Below are positions 26,566 through 36,663 of a stretch of DNA of 49,499 bases, piece after piece. A program made the translations under genes and the position numbers. Each line of letters starts with the position of its first letter. The stretch's first letter is position 1. The notes beneath the pieces are model-generated. The model was not told the DNA's origin and did no database searches. It saw only the letters and a program-made list of their open reading frames with translations. The stretch is taken from positions 1 to 49,499 of the forward strand of contig CASBRB010000196.1 in assembly GCA_949127975.1 (NCBI GenBank). Reading direction: 5' to 3'. Origin of the DNA: Oscillatoriales cyanobacterium PMM_0019. GTDB lineage: Bacteria; Cyanobacteriota; Cyanobacteriia; Cyanobacteriales; CASBRB01.

Positions 26566-26926
26566 CTAGCCCATAACTTCTTGTCTTTGAGCGATCGTTT
26601 CAACACAAACAGCAGCCACTTTAACAACCTCTGACAGGGGCAGCTTCCGTATTCTGTTTAACAATTGCTCTAGTGGAACTTCTTCTAGCGATCCCAAATG
26701 GGGTTGTTCCCCCTTTACTAAATAATGTTGAAGGTCATCTAGGCTCCACCCTTTCAGTGCCGCCAGCTTCTCCAAATTCTCCGTTGATGGCCAAGCTAAG
26801 CCAGATTCCCAAAAGTTGACAGCCCCATTGCTCACGCCTAGCCGTTTAGCAAACTGGCGTTGACGCAAGAAAACCCCGCAACTCTTGAACTATTTTGGCT
26901 AATCGTTGACTTTTGCTGGACTCCAT
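26566..26926 (-). pseudogene. XRE-family HTH regulator, 5' end frameshifted near 26868-26880
   Basis: Paralog of ORF 48716-49081. MESSKSQRLAKIVQELRGFL from ATG 26926 is in a different frame from QRQFAKRLGVSNGAVNFWE. Confidence 0.6.
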
Positions 26927-27052
26927 AACATTCATTCTAAAGCTATCACAAGCGGCACATACCTGTGTCCCTTTTTTTTAAGGTAAACTTGGATGAATGA
27001 CGGATTTAACAAAATGTTTATTCCATCATTCAGTCGCTGCCTTAAATCAACC

Positions 27053-28226
27053 ATGTCAATAAGCCCCGTCATTGAAGTTGACCCCAACACCCTACAACCA
27101 CATCCACTTAATGCCCCGATATACGGAGAAGAAGAGAACGTGGAAGAGCTGGTGGAACTCATCAGCCAATCGGGATGGGTTAAACCTTTAGTCGTCACAA
27201 CCACCTCTAGAATTATCTCAGGACACCGACGTTGGAAGGCAGCATTGCAGGTGGGACTAGACAGCATTCCCGTCGAGGTGAGAGAATTTCAGACCGAACT
27301 GCAAGAGCTAGAAGCACTGCTGTTGGAGAACGCCACCCGGATTAAAACCACCGAGCTTTTATGTACGGGAAGCTAACGCCTGGAAGGACGTTGAGGCTGA
27401 AAAAGCCAAGATGCGGAAAATTGCTACCCAGAATAATGATACGGGCAGGGCAGTCGATCGAGCTGCAGAGGTGGCAAATTTACCACCTCTGCTCGAAAGT
27501 AAAGGTAAAGTTCGCGATATCATTGCGGCTAGAGTAGGACTCCGCGCCCGTAATTATGAGAAAGCTGCCAAGGTAGTCGAGTTTATCGACTCCCAAACCG
27601 AGCTAGCGCAAGCCGCAGCGCTCCGACAAGTCCTGAACAAAAGTGTCGATGCCGCTTACCAGTTGATTAAGAAGCCTCATACTACGCGCTCCCAAATTCT
27701 GACTTTACTAGCTGGAGGGAAATCCTTAAGAGAGGCGCTATCTCGTTCTCGGCGGCAATCAACCTCAACTTCAAACCAGTCCGACAACAACTGCTCTGAA
27801 GAAACGCAGGTTGAAGAAGCTCGGCGCAGCTGCTGGGATTGTCAGAATCGAGGGGAATCTATTGACAATCAAAGCTTCTACTGCTATATGAATGGAGCAA
27901 TTAGTTGTATATCCGATCTTAGTGCGATCCGCCTTTGGCGGCTGCGCTTCGCTATCGCAGCCGAATGCGACTACTTTAGAGAACGAACTATGCCCCCCGA
28001 TAAAGCAGACTACAGCAATTCCCGTTTAAAAACCTGCACCTACCAGCTTCATTTACCTTGGGAATGGCAAGAAAAGTTAGAGGCACGCGCCGCAGCCGAA
28101 GGTATGAGCATCGAGGAATGGATTAAATTACTCGTAGCTCACCAACTGTTCCCACCATCGGGTAAGGTCGAACATTGCGTGTTGAAAAACGACATTTTCA
28201 ATGCAGTCTGTGACAATCCAGTATAA
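27053..28226 (+). pseudogene. Second ParB-like N-terminal-domain protein, frameshifted near 27350-27365
   Basis: LQPHPLNAPIYGEEE...IISGHRRWKAALQVGLDSIPVEV. After ENATRIKTTE the homologous sequence (VREANAWKDVEAEKAKMRKIAT) continues in another frame. Confidence 0.75.
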
Positions 28227-28256
28227 TGCCGCAAGTAAGTAAGTCATCACTGCATT

Positions 28257-28424
28257 ATGGGAGTAATAAAGGCATTCATTAACCAGAAGGGGGGCTGCGG
28301 GAAATCAACCACAGCAGTTCATTTCGCGTACTGGCTGCATGAACGACAACAGCAGGACTTACGCACACTGGCATATATAGGGGGCAACCACAGGGGGATT
28401 GCCCCTACTCACCTATATATATAG
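28257..28424 (+). pseudogene. ParA/Soj-type ATPase N-terminal stub (about 35 homologous codons)
   Basis: MGVIKAFINQKGGCGKSTTAVHFAYWL is a deviant Walker A motif. The reading frame then runs into a hairpin repeat and stops. Confidence 0.7.
28381..28405. repeat. Hairpin GGGGCAA-N11-TTGCCCC at the ParA truncation point
   Basis: Read directly. Confidence 0.6.
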
Positions 28425-28436
28425 AGTCGTATTAGC

Positions 28437-29597
28437 CTATTCATTAACAGCCACACCTAATTTAGCCCCCAGGCGTTCGCGGAAAGTGCGATACATTGCA
28501 TAAACATCAGCTAAACGGTTACCCAGAGACGCCGTATCCAAAGTTGGTGGAATTTCATCAGCATCCCAAATCACATTATCATCCTTATAGCGGGAGCTCA
28601 ACTGGGCCTCAAACAAATGCGCCGTACCACCACAGAATATCAGTTCATCTCGTTCAGGCGGCAAAGTTTTATCCAACCACCTAGTCAAAATCTGGAAATA
28701 TTCCTTCCTGGCAAGTTTAGTCGCCTTAACCATCAGAGCAACATCTTCCTTCTTCCCAGTTTCAGAACAACTACGAGCCAAACGCATAAAAGGTAATGAT
28801 TCAACTTTAGCCCCAGCTTCGACAATGGCACGAATAATTTTATCCGTTGGCTGAGAAGAAGTACCAGAAGTCTCCCTAATAAACACCTCAACCAGCTTAT
28901 TGCAGCCAAAATCCGACATCTTCCCCTCGCCGACAGCCCCCTTATTAGCAACCAAAACGCTAGCATTGCGGTGCCCAACCATCGCTACCGCCAAAACCTT
29001 CTGTTTAACCGAATCCTTCAGACGTTGACGGTGGTAAAGGTAAACACCACCACCTTCCGGCTTGCAGTCAAAAAATACCAGATTAACCTTGAAGTTAGAG
29101 CTGGGAGTAAGGAAGTTAGACAAGGCAGTTTTCAAAGACTTCTCAAAGCGTTCCCTATCGCTCTTATATTCTCCAGGGGGAAGCAACGCTGCAATAGCAA
29201 TATCGAACTTATCACCAAGTTTGAGCCGCTCACTTAAAACCCAGACAGCAGCCAGAGTTTTCCTCACCGCATCTTCCCACTTCAAAGGCTTTAAGTCGAA
29301 TGAGGAGTGAAAGCGATCCTTGGCTAAGGCACCGAGAGCGTAATACTGCTTCCCTACAGCAATCCAGCAGCTATTTTCTGGAGTTGTAGAGCCAATAACC
29401 CCCGCTTTATAAGCATCAATCGATTCCTTACTTACAGGTTCAACCTCCGGTTCCATACAGATAAGGAAAGGCTTACCAATACCATGAGACGTTCTAAAGC
29501 CAATCCCTCTAACACTCGAACCGCCAAAATCCATCACCAACCCAGCGGCTGCGGAAAACTTATTTTCTGCTGAGTTACTCGCTTTTACCATAACCAA
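28437..29597 (-). CDS. Actin-like (ASKHA-fold) ATPase, candidate ParM/Alp-type plasmid segregation protein
   Basis: MDFGGSSVRG (phosphate-1-like), DCKPEGGGVY and FCGGTAHLF (adenosine-like). The phosphate-2 motif is atypical. Confidence 0.45.
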   Translation of the reverse strand: MVMVKASNSAENKFSAAAGLVMDFGGSSVRGIGFRTSHGIGKPFLICMEPEVEPVSKESIDAYKAGVIGSTTPENSCWIAVGKQYYALGALAKDRFHSSFDLKPLKWEDAVRKTLAAVWVLSERLKLGDKFDIAIAALLPPGEYKSDRERFEKSLKTALSNFLTPSSNFKVNLVFFDCKPEGGGVYLYHRQRLKDSVKQKVLAVAMVGHRNASVLVANKGAVGEGKMSDFGCNKLVEVFIRETSGTSSQPTDKIIRAIVEAGAKVESLPFMRLARSCSETGKKEDVALMVKATKLARKEYFQILTRWLDKTLPPERDELIFCGGTAHLFEAQLSSRYKDDNVIWDADEIPPTLDTASLGNRLADVYAMYRTFRERLGAKLGVAVNE

Positions 29598-29615
29598 ATT
29601 CTACTCCCTACTCTC

Positions 29616-30017
29616 TCAAGAAAAATCGTTAAGGCCCAATTCATCGTCTAACTCTTCAGGCGTTTTGGAATGGGGCGTACTCTCGGCTGGTACCGACGAT
29701 GGACTTTGAGCGACTGGCATGTAAGGGATTCTATCCTTATCAGTCGGGGATTCCAACTGCAACACACGTTCGATTAGCTTTATCTGCATCTCCAGATCCC
29801 CGATAGCTTTCCAACCAACTTCTCGCAGCACAGCCGGATCTCGCGAGCCACTATGAAAAAAAGCTAGAGGCATCCAATAAGCTCTCAACGCTTCCATCAC
29901 TGCATCCGCTGAACCGAGAGTCGGGTGAGAGAGCAGGTACTCGAGCAGCTTACCATCTCCCTGCCTCTTACTCTTCTTCAGTCTCAGCTTTAATTCGATC
30001 GGGTCGCTAATAGGCAT
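29616..30017 (-). CDS. Small protein upstream of the actin-like gene, candidate ParR-like centromere-binding adaptor
   Basis: Basic N-terminus (IELKLRLKKSKRQ), acidic C-terminal tail (EELDDELGLNDFS). Lies 18 nt upstream of the actin-like ORF and directly downstream of the iteron array. Confidence 0.4.
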   Translation of the reverse strand: MPISDPIELKLRLKKSKRQGDGKLLEYLLSHPTLGSADAVMEALRAYWMPLAFFHSGSRDPAVLREVGWKAIGDLEMQIKLIERVLQLESPTDKDRIPYMPVAQSPSSVPAESTPHSKTPEELDDELGLNDFS

Positions 30018-30165
30018 AAATACTTAGAAAAATTAGCTATTTTTGGGTGGTTAAAGGATGGAGATAAGTGGTGACAAACCCAATTAAATCACATAGGGGT
30101 GGAATAAGTTTCAGTAGTATACCACGATTATAGCAAATTCTGCCCTCTATGTCTGCTCCATAATC

Positions 30166-30272
30166 CACCCTATAGTCACCCTATATCCACTATATTACAC
30201 CCTATGTCAACCTTGCTGTCTGCTCCTTTTTACACCCTATAGTCACCCTATATCCACTACTATACACCCTAA
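30166..30272. promoter_or_regulatory. Candidate centromere (parC-like): two 67-bp direct repeats, each with four CACCCTAT-type boxes at 10-11 bp spacing
   Basis: Boxes start at 30166, 30177, 30188 (degenerate), 30198 and at 30233, 30244, 30255 (degenerate), 30265. An inverted near-copy lies at 30093-30101. TATAAT sits on the minus strand at 30132-30127. Confidence 0.6.
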
Positions 30273-30755
30273 GTCCCCCGTCCCCGCGCTTTTTGGCTGT
30301 TGATGCAGGGGGGTTTAATAAGAAATATTGGCAATTTAATCAGGAGAATATTATCAAGTGGCACAAGAGTTTGTCCGGTGAAACGGCGCAGAGGAAATAA
30401 AATTTAAGGCGTTTTTTCGTATACTAAAAAACATCTCAAAATTCCCAAAAGTCTCCGAAAGCTCATTCCTCCGGTGAAAAATTTACCCCGAAGTGGCACC
30501 AAATACTAATGAGAATAATTATTAATTAGCCTGGTATTTTTATCTGGCTCTAGAAAATCTGCTCCTCGGACACAAATTTTTCACGCTTAGCCTTGTGTTC
30601 ACAGGAGTTATGGTGCGCTTGAGCGTTAAGCCTCGAGAGTCGGACTTGGTGAGTCTAGGTGATTTGGCGTAAAATAGATTAGTCTCAGCCGATTAGCAGA
30701 GCGGCGGGAGACAACTGAACCTTGAGCGTGCATTGGCGATGAAAATATTCGGTGA

Positions 30756-31496
30756 GTGCAGGAAAGTTTTATGTCACCATCAAAACGGAATCGAGACAAC
30801 AGCGCTTATAAGCTGCCCGATGGGGCATTGTATGTAGATAAAATTTGTGAGTTGTACGACATATGGGAGTCTACTTGTCACGCTCGGCTGAATGTATTGA
30901 ACATCGATACACTGAAACTAAATGGGTGGGCTTATCTCACCAAAGAGCAGTTGGCAGAGTTTGATAGACTCGACAAGCACCTAAAAGTTGATAGGCGGTA
31001 CAAGACATATAGGAAGAGTCAGGAGCGACAGGATGCGCCTAAAGTTGTGGTTAACTCTGATGCCGCAGCCGAGCCAGAAGAACCCAGTAAGCTTGAACAA
31101 GCAGAAGAGAAAGTTGAAGTCAATGACAATGATTTGGTTGTTGACGCGGATAAAGCACCTCCAACAGCGCCTCCACTACAATTACCCCAGGCACCATTAC
31201 CCCAGCAGATACAGGTGCCAACCAAAGCACCCAAAGCACCGAGGAGAAAGTCAGCGCCCAAACCATTACCCAAGCAACTATATAGACAGGTACAACGGAA
31301 AGCTCAACCGGCTCCTACAACAAAGCCAGAGTCCCCAAAGACGCTTTGGTGGGATTCATTATTTAGAATGGTGGGGATAGGATTATTCGTCCTAGGTCTG
31401 TCAATGTTCTACCAGCACAAAGATTCACTCCAACCCATTCAGACGTGGAGTAGCCCTGTCAATGAATCTGTCTCGTCCGAGAGTAGCGCTCCTTGA
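30756..31496 (+). CDS. Hypothetical protein with a proline-rich central region and a C-terminal TM helix
   Basis: PPTAPPLQLPQAPLPQQIQVP... then FRMVGIGLFVLGLSMFY. GTG 30756 or ATG 30771. Confidence 0.5.
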   Translation: MQESFMSPSKRNRDNSAYKLPDGALYVDKICELYDIWESTCHARLNVLNIDTLKLNGWAYLTKEQLAEFDRLDKHLKVDRRYKTYRKSQERQDAPKVVVNSDAAAEPEEPSKLEQAEEKVEVNDNDLVVDADKAPPTAPPLQLPQAPLPQQIQVPTKAPKAPRRKSAPKPLPKQLYRQVQRKAQPAPTTKPESPKTLWWDSLFRMVGIGLFVLGLSMFYQHKDSLQPIQTWSSPVNESVSSESSAP

Positions 31497-31589
31497 ATGT
31501 ATGAAGTTGCTCTAATCAGTCGAGAAAAGGAAGCGGGAGCAACTACGAGCGCTGGCTCCGACGCAGCCATATTAAAATAAGGCGGAACC

Positions 31590-32008
31590 ATGTCAGAAAC
31601 TATTACTGCTGTCTACGATTCACGGGGTGCTGCGCCCATTAAGTCCCATTACGCTGCCGGAACACCAAACCGTGCGTCTTCAAGTTTTGACTCCTGAGTC
31701 AACAGAAGCATCAACACTCTTATTCTCTGAGGTAATTCAATCCCTAGTAGCTAAGGGATTGGTTACTTCTCCTCCCCATCGGGATGATATTGAGCCAGTT
31801 TCCTCTCACAGAGTGGAGCGAACTGACCAAAAGACTGGAAGCATCAGGAGGCAAGCCCCTTTCAGAAATCATCATTGAAGAGCGAAACAATCGTCTCTGC
31901 CTGCACGCGATGTTAGCCCTGCCCCACAGAGATGAGTCCCACGCCAAAGGAGCTAACACCGAAACTTTATCAGACGAGCAGTGGGTAGAAATCGGACAGC
32001 AATGTTAG
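31590..32008 (+). pseudogene. Decayed DUF104/AF2212-like antitoxin gene (at least two frame changes)
   Basis: MSETITAVYDSRG (from ATG 31590), then VLRPLSPITLPEHQTVRLQVL in another frame, then GKPLSEIIIEERN in a third. Confidence 0.45.
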
Positions 32009-32087
32009 CACGAAATGGGCTCTTACGACCAATATTTCATCGCTCTGCGGTAGAGGCAGCGATTATGGAACAGGTGGCTAGTTTATA

Positions 32088-32330
32088 ATGGCAGTTAACT
32101 ACATAGTCCAGGCTAAAGTAGTTGATATCCAAGCTGAGCTACCCCAACCCGGTGATATTTTTCTAGTAGATACCAATGTTTGGTGAAGACTTACCCGAAA
32201 GCTAGTGGGTTTTCCCTGACCTATCAAACTACGGACTACCCTAACTATATTGCCAAAGCTATTTCTGCTCAATCTCTACTTTTGTACTCCGGTCTTTCTT
32301 TAGCTAAGCTTCAATATCTATCAAGTTGAA
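32088..32330 (+). pseudogene. Decayed PIN-like toxin remnant
   Basis: GDIFLVDTNVW then a stop. The sequence continues in another frame. Confidence 0.3.
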
Positions 32331-32404
32331 GCTCCGATAGTCGGAGATCCCGGACGAACGCCAAAAGTAAATTATAATCACCATAAAACCTTACAATTAA
32401 ATAG

Positions 32405-32421
32405 CGTTAACGTTGCTAACG
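32405..32421. promoter_or_regulatory. Imperfect palindrome CGTTAACGTTGCTAACG upstream of the RHH gene
   Basis: Related to the perfect palindrome at 33205-33221. Confidence 0.45.
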
Positions 32422-32438
32422 ATTGTCAATTAAACCTC

Positions 32439-33167
32439 ATGATCAATGACAACCAACCTCCCAAGGAGAATATTGGCGCTAGGATTCCGGCTGATTGGGC
32501 TGCGAAACTCAAAAATTTAGCTGAGGTTCTTCACTGTAGCCAAACCGAACTAATCACCGAAGCTATTGGAGAGTACCTGGAGAAAGACGTAACAAATATT
32601 ACCTGTAGCATAACGCGCTTGGAAAGAAACTTAGCTACCGATGGCGGACACGAAATCGTCACCAATCCGGGCATTGATGCTGATGGCTTCGCTGCATTAA
32701 CCCAGCTTGTTGAACAATTACAGTTAATGAATCAAACTGGAATTCAACAAAATACCGAACTGCACCAGCACGTTACTCATATTATACATCAAAACGCCGA
32801 ACTTAGAAATCAAGTTACCAATCTCACCAACCAACATACCGAACTGAATAATCAAGTTGCCAATCAAATCTATAATCTTGCCAGAAAAATAGACAACCTT
32901 TTAGAGCAAGTAACCCAAATAAAACAGCAGCCCCCAACAGATCGGGTAACGTTGGTTGAGTCGGTTTCTGCCGATAAGTTTGCGGGAGGTATTACCCAAA
33001 CCGAATTATGCGAACGATTTGGAATTAAGCCTGGTAGTTTAGCAAGGATGGCTGAAAGGGCAATTCAATCGCCCCAAAATTTTTTGGAAGATTTAACTAA
33101 ATGGCGTTACCTAGTACGACCCGGACAAAAGCGAGGACGCTGGCATCCACCAGAGGACTCTACATGA
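32439..33167 (+). CDS. Ribbon-helix-helix (CopG-like) protein with coiled-coil middle and HTH-like C-terminus
   Basis: IGARIPADWAAKLKNLAEVLHCSQTELITEAIGEYL. Repetitive QNxELxNQV heptad-like segment. GITQTELCERFGIKPGSLARMA. Confidence 0.6.
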   Translation: MINDNQPPKENIGARIPADWAAKLKNLAEVLHCSQTELITEAIGEYLEKDVTNITCSITRLERNLATDGGHEIVTNPGIDADGFAALTQLVEQLQLMNQTGIQQNTELHQHVTHIIHQNAELRNQVTNLTNQHTELNNQVANQIYNLARKIDNLLEQVTQIKQQPPTDRVTLVESVSADKFAGGITQTELCERFGIKPGSLARMAERAIQSPQNFLEDLTKWRYLVRPGQKRGRWHPPEDST

Positions 33168-33204
33168 AGATTAACAGGTAGCTTAAATCCAATTTAAACA
33201 ATAC

Positions 33205-33221
33205 CGTTAGCAGTGCTAACG
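33205..33221. promoter_or_regulatory. Perfect palindrome CGTTAGCA-G-TGCTAACG upstream of mobC/relaxase (candidate oriT inverted repeat or operator)
   Basis: Read directly. Lies about 240 nt upstream of the MobC ATG. Confidence 0.45.
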
Positions 33222-33457
33222 CCAAGGTGCTGGTACGGTTTTTCTGTCTATAGTTAGACGCCAGTACAGGCATCCTGCATTAACCTATAATCTAAGGTCT
33301 TCTAACAGCAAGCCATGTCAAAATCTACGCCTTCTTAGGGTTGCCGACCAATACCAAGCTCTCACCCACATGCCCCTCGAACGATTTCAGTACCAATCAG
33401 CGCTGCTCCCAGCTTGCCTGTTGGTAGTGCCAATAATAATTTTAATTAGGTAAACAT

Positions 33458-33821
33458 ATGGTAAAGACTGCTGTAATTCCCGTAAGATTTGAACCCTCGG
33501 AACGCGACTATATAAAAGATGTTGCAGGTTCTCTTGGCAGAGCGCGAGTATATCAGAAAAGCCGTACTAAAAGAACCAGTTCCCCAACTCCGCAAAAGGC
33601 AACGAGTACCGGAAGTTAATCGGCTTATCTATGTTGAATTAGGACAAATTGGAAGTAACATTAACCGGATAGCCGATGCTTGTCAGATTGCTTTAGAGCG
33701 GGGACAAGGCTGTAATATTGATGCCGATACTTTGCAAATCTTATCTCAAAAACTAGACGAAATCCGATTAGAACTTCTTGCAGTAAACTCCAATTCTGAT
33801 GATGATGGTGATACGGAATGA
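33458..33821 (+). pseudogene. mobC: MobC-type relaxosome accessory protein, frameshifted near 33525-33545
   Basis: MVKTAVIPVRFEPSERDYIKDVAGSLG (from ATG 33458) continues in another frame as EREYIRKAVL...IGSNINRIADAC. Confidence 0.65.
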
Positions 33822-36140
33822 TTGGCAAGCAAGTTAAAGGCACCAGTTTTAGAGCAGTGCTGGATTATTTGGAATCTAAGGAAGGAGCCAAGCTCATCGG
33901 CGGTAACATGGCAGGGAAAGAGCCTCGCAATGCGAGCTGCTGAGTTTCGGGTGTCTGCCGAACTAAATCCCAGAGTCAAACGAGCTGTATACCACGCCAG
34001 CTTAAGTCTGCCCCACGAAGAACATTTAACCGATGCTCGGTGGAGGGCTCTAGCGGATGACTATAGAAAAGGTATGGGATTTACTGACTGTCAATATACA
34101 GTTTACCGCCACAGCTCAAGAGAACACGACCACGTTCATATTGTCGCCAGTCGCGTCGGCATTATTGATGGTAAAACGGTATCCGATAGTTGGGATTATG
34201 CCAAGAGCGAAACTTTAATCCGCGAGTTAGAGAAGAAATACTCCTTGGCATCGGTACGCCCCAGCAGGGAATTAGATACCCGTTCGCCCACTACTGGAGA
34301 GCAGCGGCGATTTATGCGAACTGGAGAGGTGGCACTCAGGGTACAGCTCCAGGAATTAATCTCGAGCTTAACTGAGGATAATCCTACCATGCCGCAGTTA
34401 ATTGACCGACTGAAAGACCGGGGCGTTGATGTCAAAGTTAGGTTTAGCGATACCGGAAGAATTCGGGAAGGGATTAGCTACGAACTTAACGGGATTCCAT
34501 TTAGCGGCACATCGTTGGGTGCCGCTTATACGTTTAAAGGCTTGCAGAAACACAGAGGAGTAATATATGAACGCTCAAGACACTATGAGGAAACTTGCGC
34601 GGCAGCAGATAGAGAGCCAAGAGGAGAACAGGTTGTTGACTCAAGAGACGTTGAAGGAATTATCCACAGCATTAAAACATTGGACGGAAAAGATTCAAAC
34701 ATTGGAGACGGAGCAGACTTCGACTACTCGGCAACTATCCAACATGAATCAAACGCTAAAGGATCTAACTCAGCAAGTGACTATATTAATTCTGGAGCAG
34801 CAGAAAACCAACAGCGCTATCCAGAGTCTACAGAAATATCAGCCCCAGGCGTACCCCAAGCACCAGACATTAACCTACAAGGGGATGCTAGTGATGTTAG
34901 GAATAGCGGCAATATTCAGCAGTCTGTTGACTTGTTTCATGCTTCAGTTGATGTCGCCAGGAGTGCTGAACCAAAGCAACGACAGAACGAACAACGTGGA
35001 AGTGAAACCATAAAAGCTGCTGCATCCAATAGTACCAGTAATGCCGAAACTGAGAGTGCTGCCAATGCTAAAGCTGAGAATTTTAAGGAAACCAAATCCA
35101 AAGTTGCAGCAGATCAGAAAAAGTGGGAGTCTAGTCCAGTGTGGCAGCAGCGGGCAGATTGGGAACGCCATATGATTGTGGCTGCATTTGCCGCTTTGAA
35201 GAATGGTGATAGGGAATTACCCACAGTAGTTACGGCTAAGTTTGCGTCGGCGCGATACACGGCGGAGCTAATCAACTTAAACCACTTACAAGTTGATGAT
35301 AACTTTTTCTCTGTTTATAAATACAAAACTTACCGAGACGCGCTTGCTCATGAATGCAACCTGGCACCCAGCAAGCAGCAAGTATTCGGAAGTTACAAAC
35401 AGAATCTAGAAGCAGAGCCTAGGTTAAAAAGCAGCTCATCTACAGCTGCTTTGTTGCAGCAATTCAGGGATAGTATTTTAGCTTCTGATAACAGTAAAAA
35501 AACTGAGCAGCCATCAAGTACACCTACCAAGAGCTTGCAGCTACCTGAAGACGACTATGTCTTACGCGCTTATGTCGATAAGTTTTACCAAAAGTATGCA
35601 AGTCGCGTCAAACAGCAGCAATCTGACTTGAAGCGACTTGAGGATGTAGATGTTCAAATCGCCCTGTTAGCGCTATACGATGGATATAATGCTAAAGATG
35701 CCTGGTGCATGTTACTGAGAAGTCCTAAAATTCAGGATTTCTTGCGCTGCTCCAATCCCCTTGAATCGTTCTCCAATTATACGAAACAACGGGTAGCGAT
35801 CGCTATATGTGAAAAACAGCTTGATAGCGATCCCCAGCAGCGGAAACGAGTTGAAATCGTTAAGCCGATTATTGATGAGTTTTGTATTGGGCTTGCAGAT
35901 GGCAAGCAGATTGATGGTACGGATTACACATGTAAGCGAAACGGGGATAGTCGCATTATGATTGCCCACGATGGACGGGGGGAAGTGTTGAAACTTACTG
36001 GTAGATGGGTGGAGCATTGTACCCTTACCGATAGCGATGTCCGCATTTTTCAGAAAGCAGAATTGGAACGTCAGAAAAAGCGGTTAGTGCGATCCCACGA
36101 GCCTAAACCTGAGAATAAGTCTTTTCAGATGGAACTTTAA
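33822..36140 (+). CDS. MobA/VirD2-family relaxase (mobilization nuclease). The true 5' end is probably ATG 33819, with a frameshift near 33925-33940
   Basis: VYHASLSLP and EHDHVHIVASRV histidine motif. MIGKQVKGTSFRAVLDYLESKEGAKLIGGNMAGKEPR is encoded from ATG 33819 in another frame and overlaps the mobC stop (ATGA). Confidence 0.8.
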   Translation: MASKLKAPVLEQCWIIWNLRKEPSSSAVTWQGKSLAMRAAEFRVSAELNPRVKRAVYHASLSLPHEEHLTDARWRALADDYRKGMGFTDCQYTVYRHSSREHDHVHIVASRVGIIDGKTVSDSWDYAKSETLIRELEKKYSLASVRPSRELDTRSPTTGEQRRFMRTGEVALRVQLQELISSLTEDNPTMPQLIDRLKDRGVDVKVRFSDTGRIREGISYELNGIPFSGTSLGAAYTFKGLQKHRGVIYERSRHYEETCAAADREPRGEQVVDSRDVEGIIHSIKTLDGKDSNIGDGADFDYSATIQHESNAKGSNSASDYINSGAAENQQRYPESTEISAPGVPQAPDINLQGDASDVRNSGNIQQSVDLFHASVDVARSAEPKQRQNEQRGSETIKAAASNSTSNAETESAANAKAENFKETKSKVAADQKKWESSPVWQQRADWERHMIVAAFAALKNGDRELPTVVTAKFASARYTAELINLNHLQVDDNFFSVYKYKTYRDALAHECNLAPSKQQVFGSYKQNLEAEPRLKSSSSTAALLQQFRDSILASDNSKKTEQPSSTPTKSLQLPEDDYVLRAYVDKFYQKYASRVKQQQSDLKRLEDVDVQIALLALYDGYNAKDAWCMLLRSPKIQDFLRCSNPLESFSNYTKQRVAIAICEKQLDSDPQQRKRVEIVKPIIDEFCIGLADGKQIDGTDYTCKRNGDSRIMIAHDGRGEVLKLTGRWVEHCTLTDSDVRIFQKAELERQKKRLVRSHEPKPENKSFQMEL

Positions 36141-36253
36141 GCGAGCGCCGAGATCCCGTGAGCGTCCTATCAATTTTAGTCGAACGACGACTTTCGTCTT
36201 GCTCATGAGCGCAGCGTGTCCTCAAGACATAGGGAATCGCCCAAATTGAAGGA

Positions 36254-36663
36254 CTAAATTTGTGAAAGCAGCTCTTGAATAGATAGTACTGCTATAGCTA
36301 CGCCAGAGAAATCTGAGATATCGCGAGTCACGATCGCCGGAATGCTGATTGAGCGTTGCACAGGCAAACTGAACACCATCTTCTCCCATCCTTCAAATTA
36401 CTGATTAAAGCTTGTTGAATCGTTAGACGATCGACACAACAAAGCTCCAACCCTGCTAACATTCGGGAAACCGACAAGATTGCTGGTTCTCGACCTTGAG
36501 CCTTTCTGATAATATAGAAAACATTTGTCAGTGTTGTCGCGGCAATATACCCCTGGATTCGACTCATTTCAACCATTTCAAATAACACTATAGCATCTTC
36601 TACAAATGGCGATCGCTCTAGCAGCAGATCTAGAACAATATTAGTGTCGATCAAAATTTTCAT
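36254..36663 (-). pseudogene. vapC: PIN-domain toxin (VapC-like) with two frameshifts in the 3' third
   Basis: MKILIDTNIVLDLL. The later segments EDGVQFACATLNQ and IPAIVTRDISDFSGVAIAVLSIQELL are each in a different frame. Confidence 0.7.
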
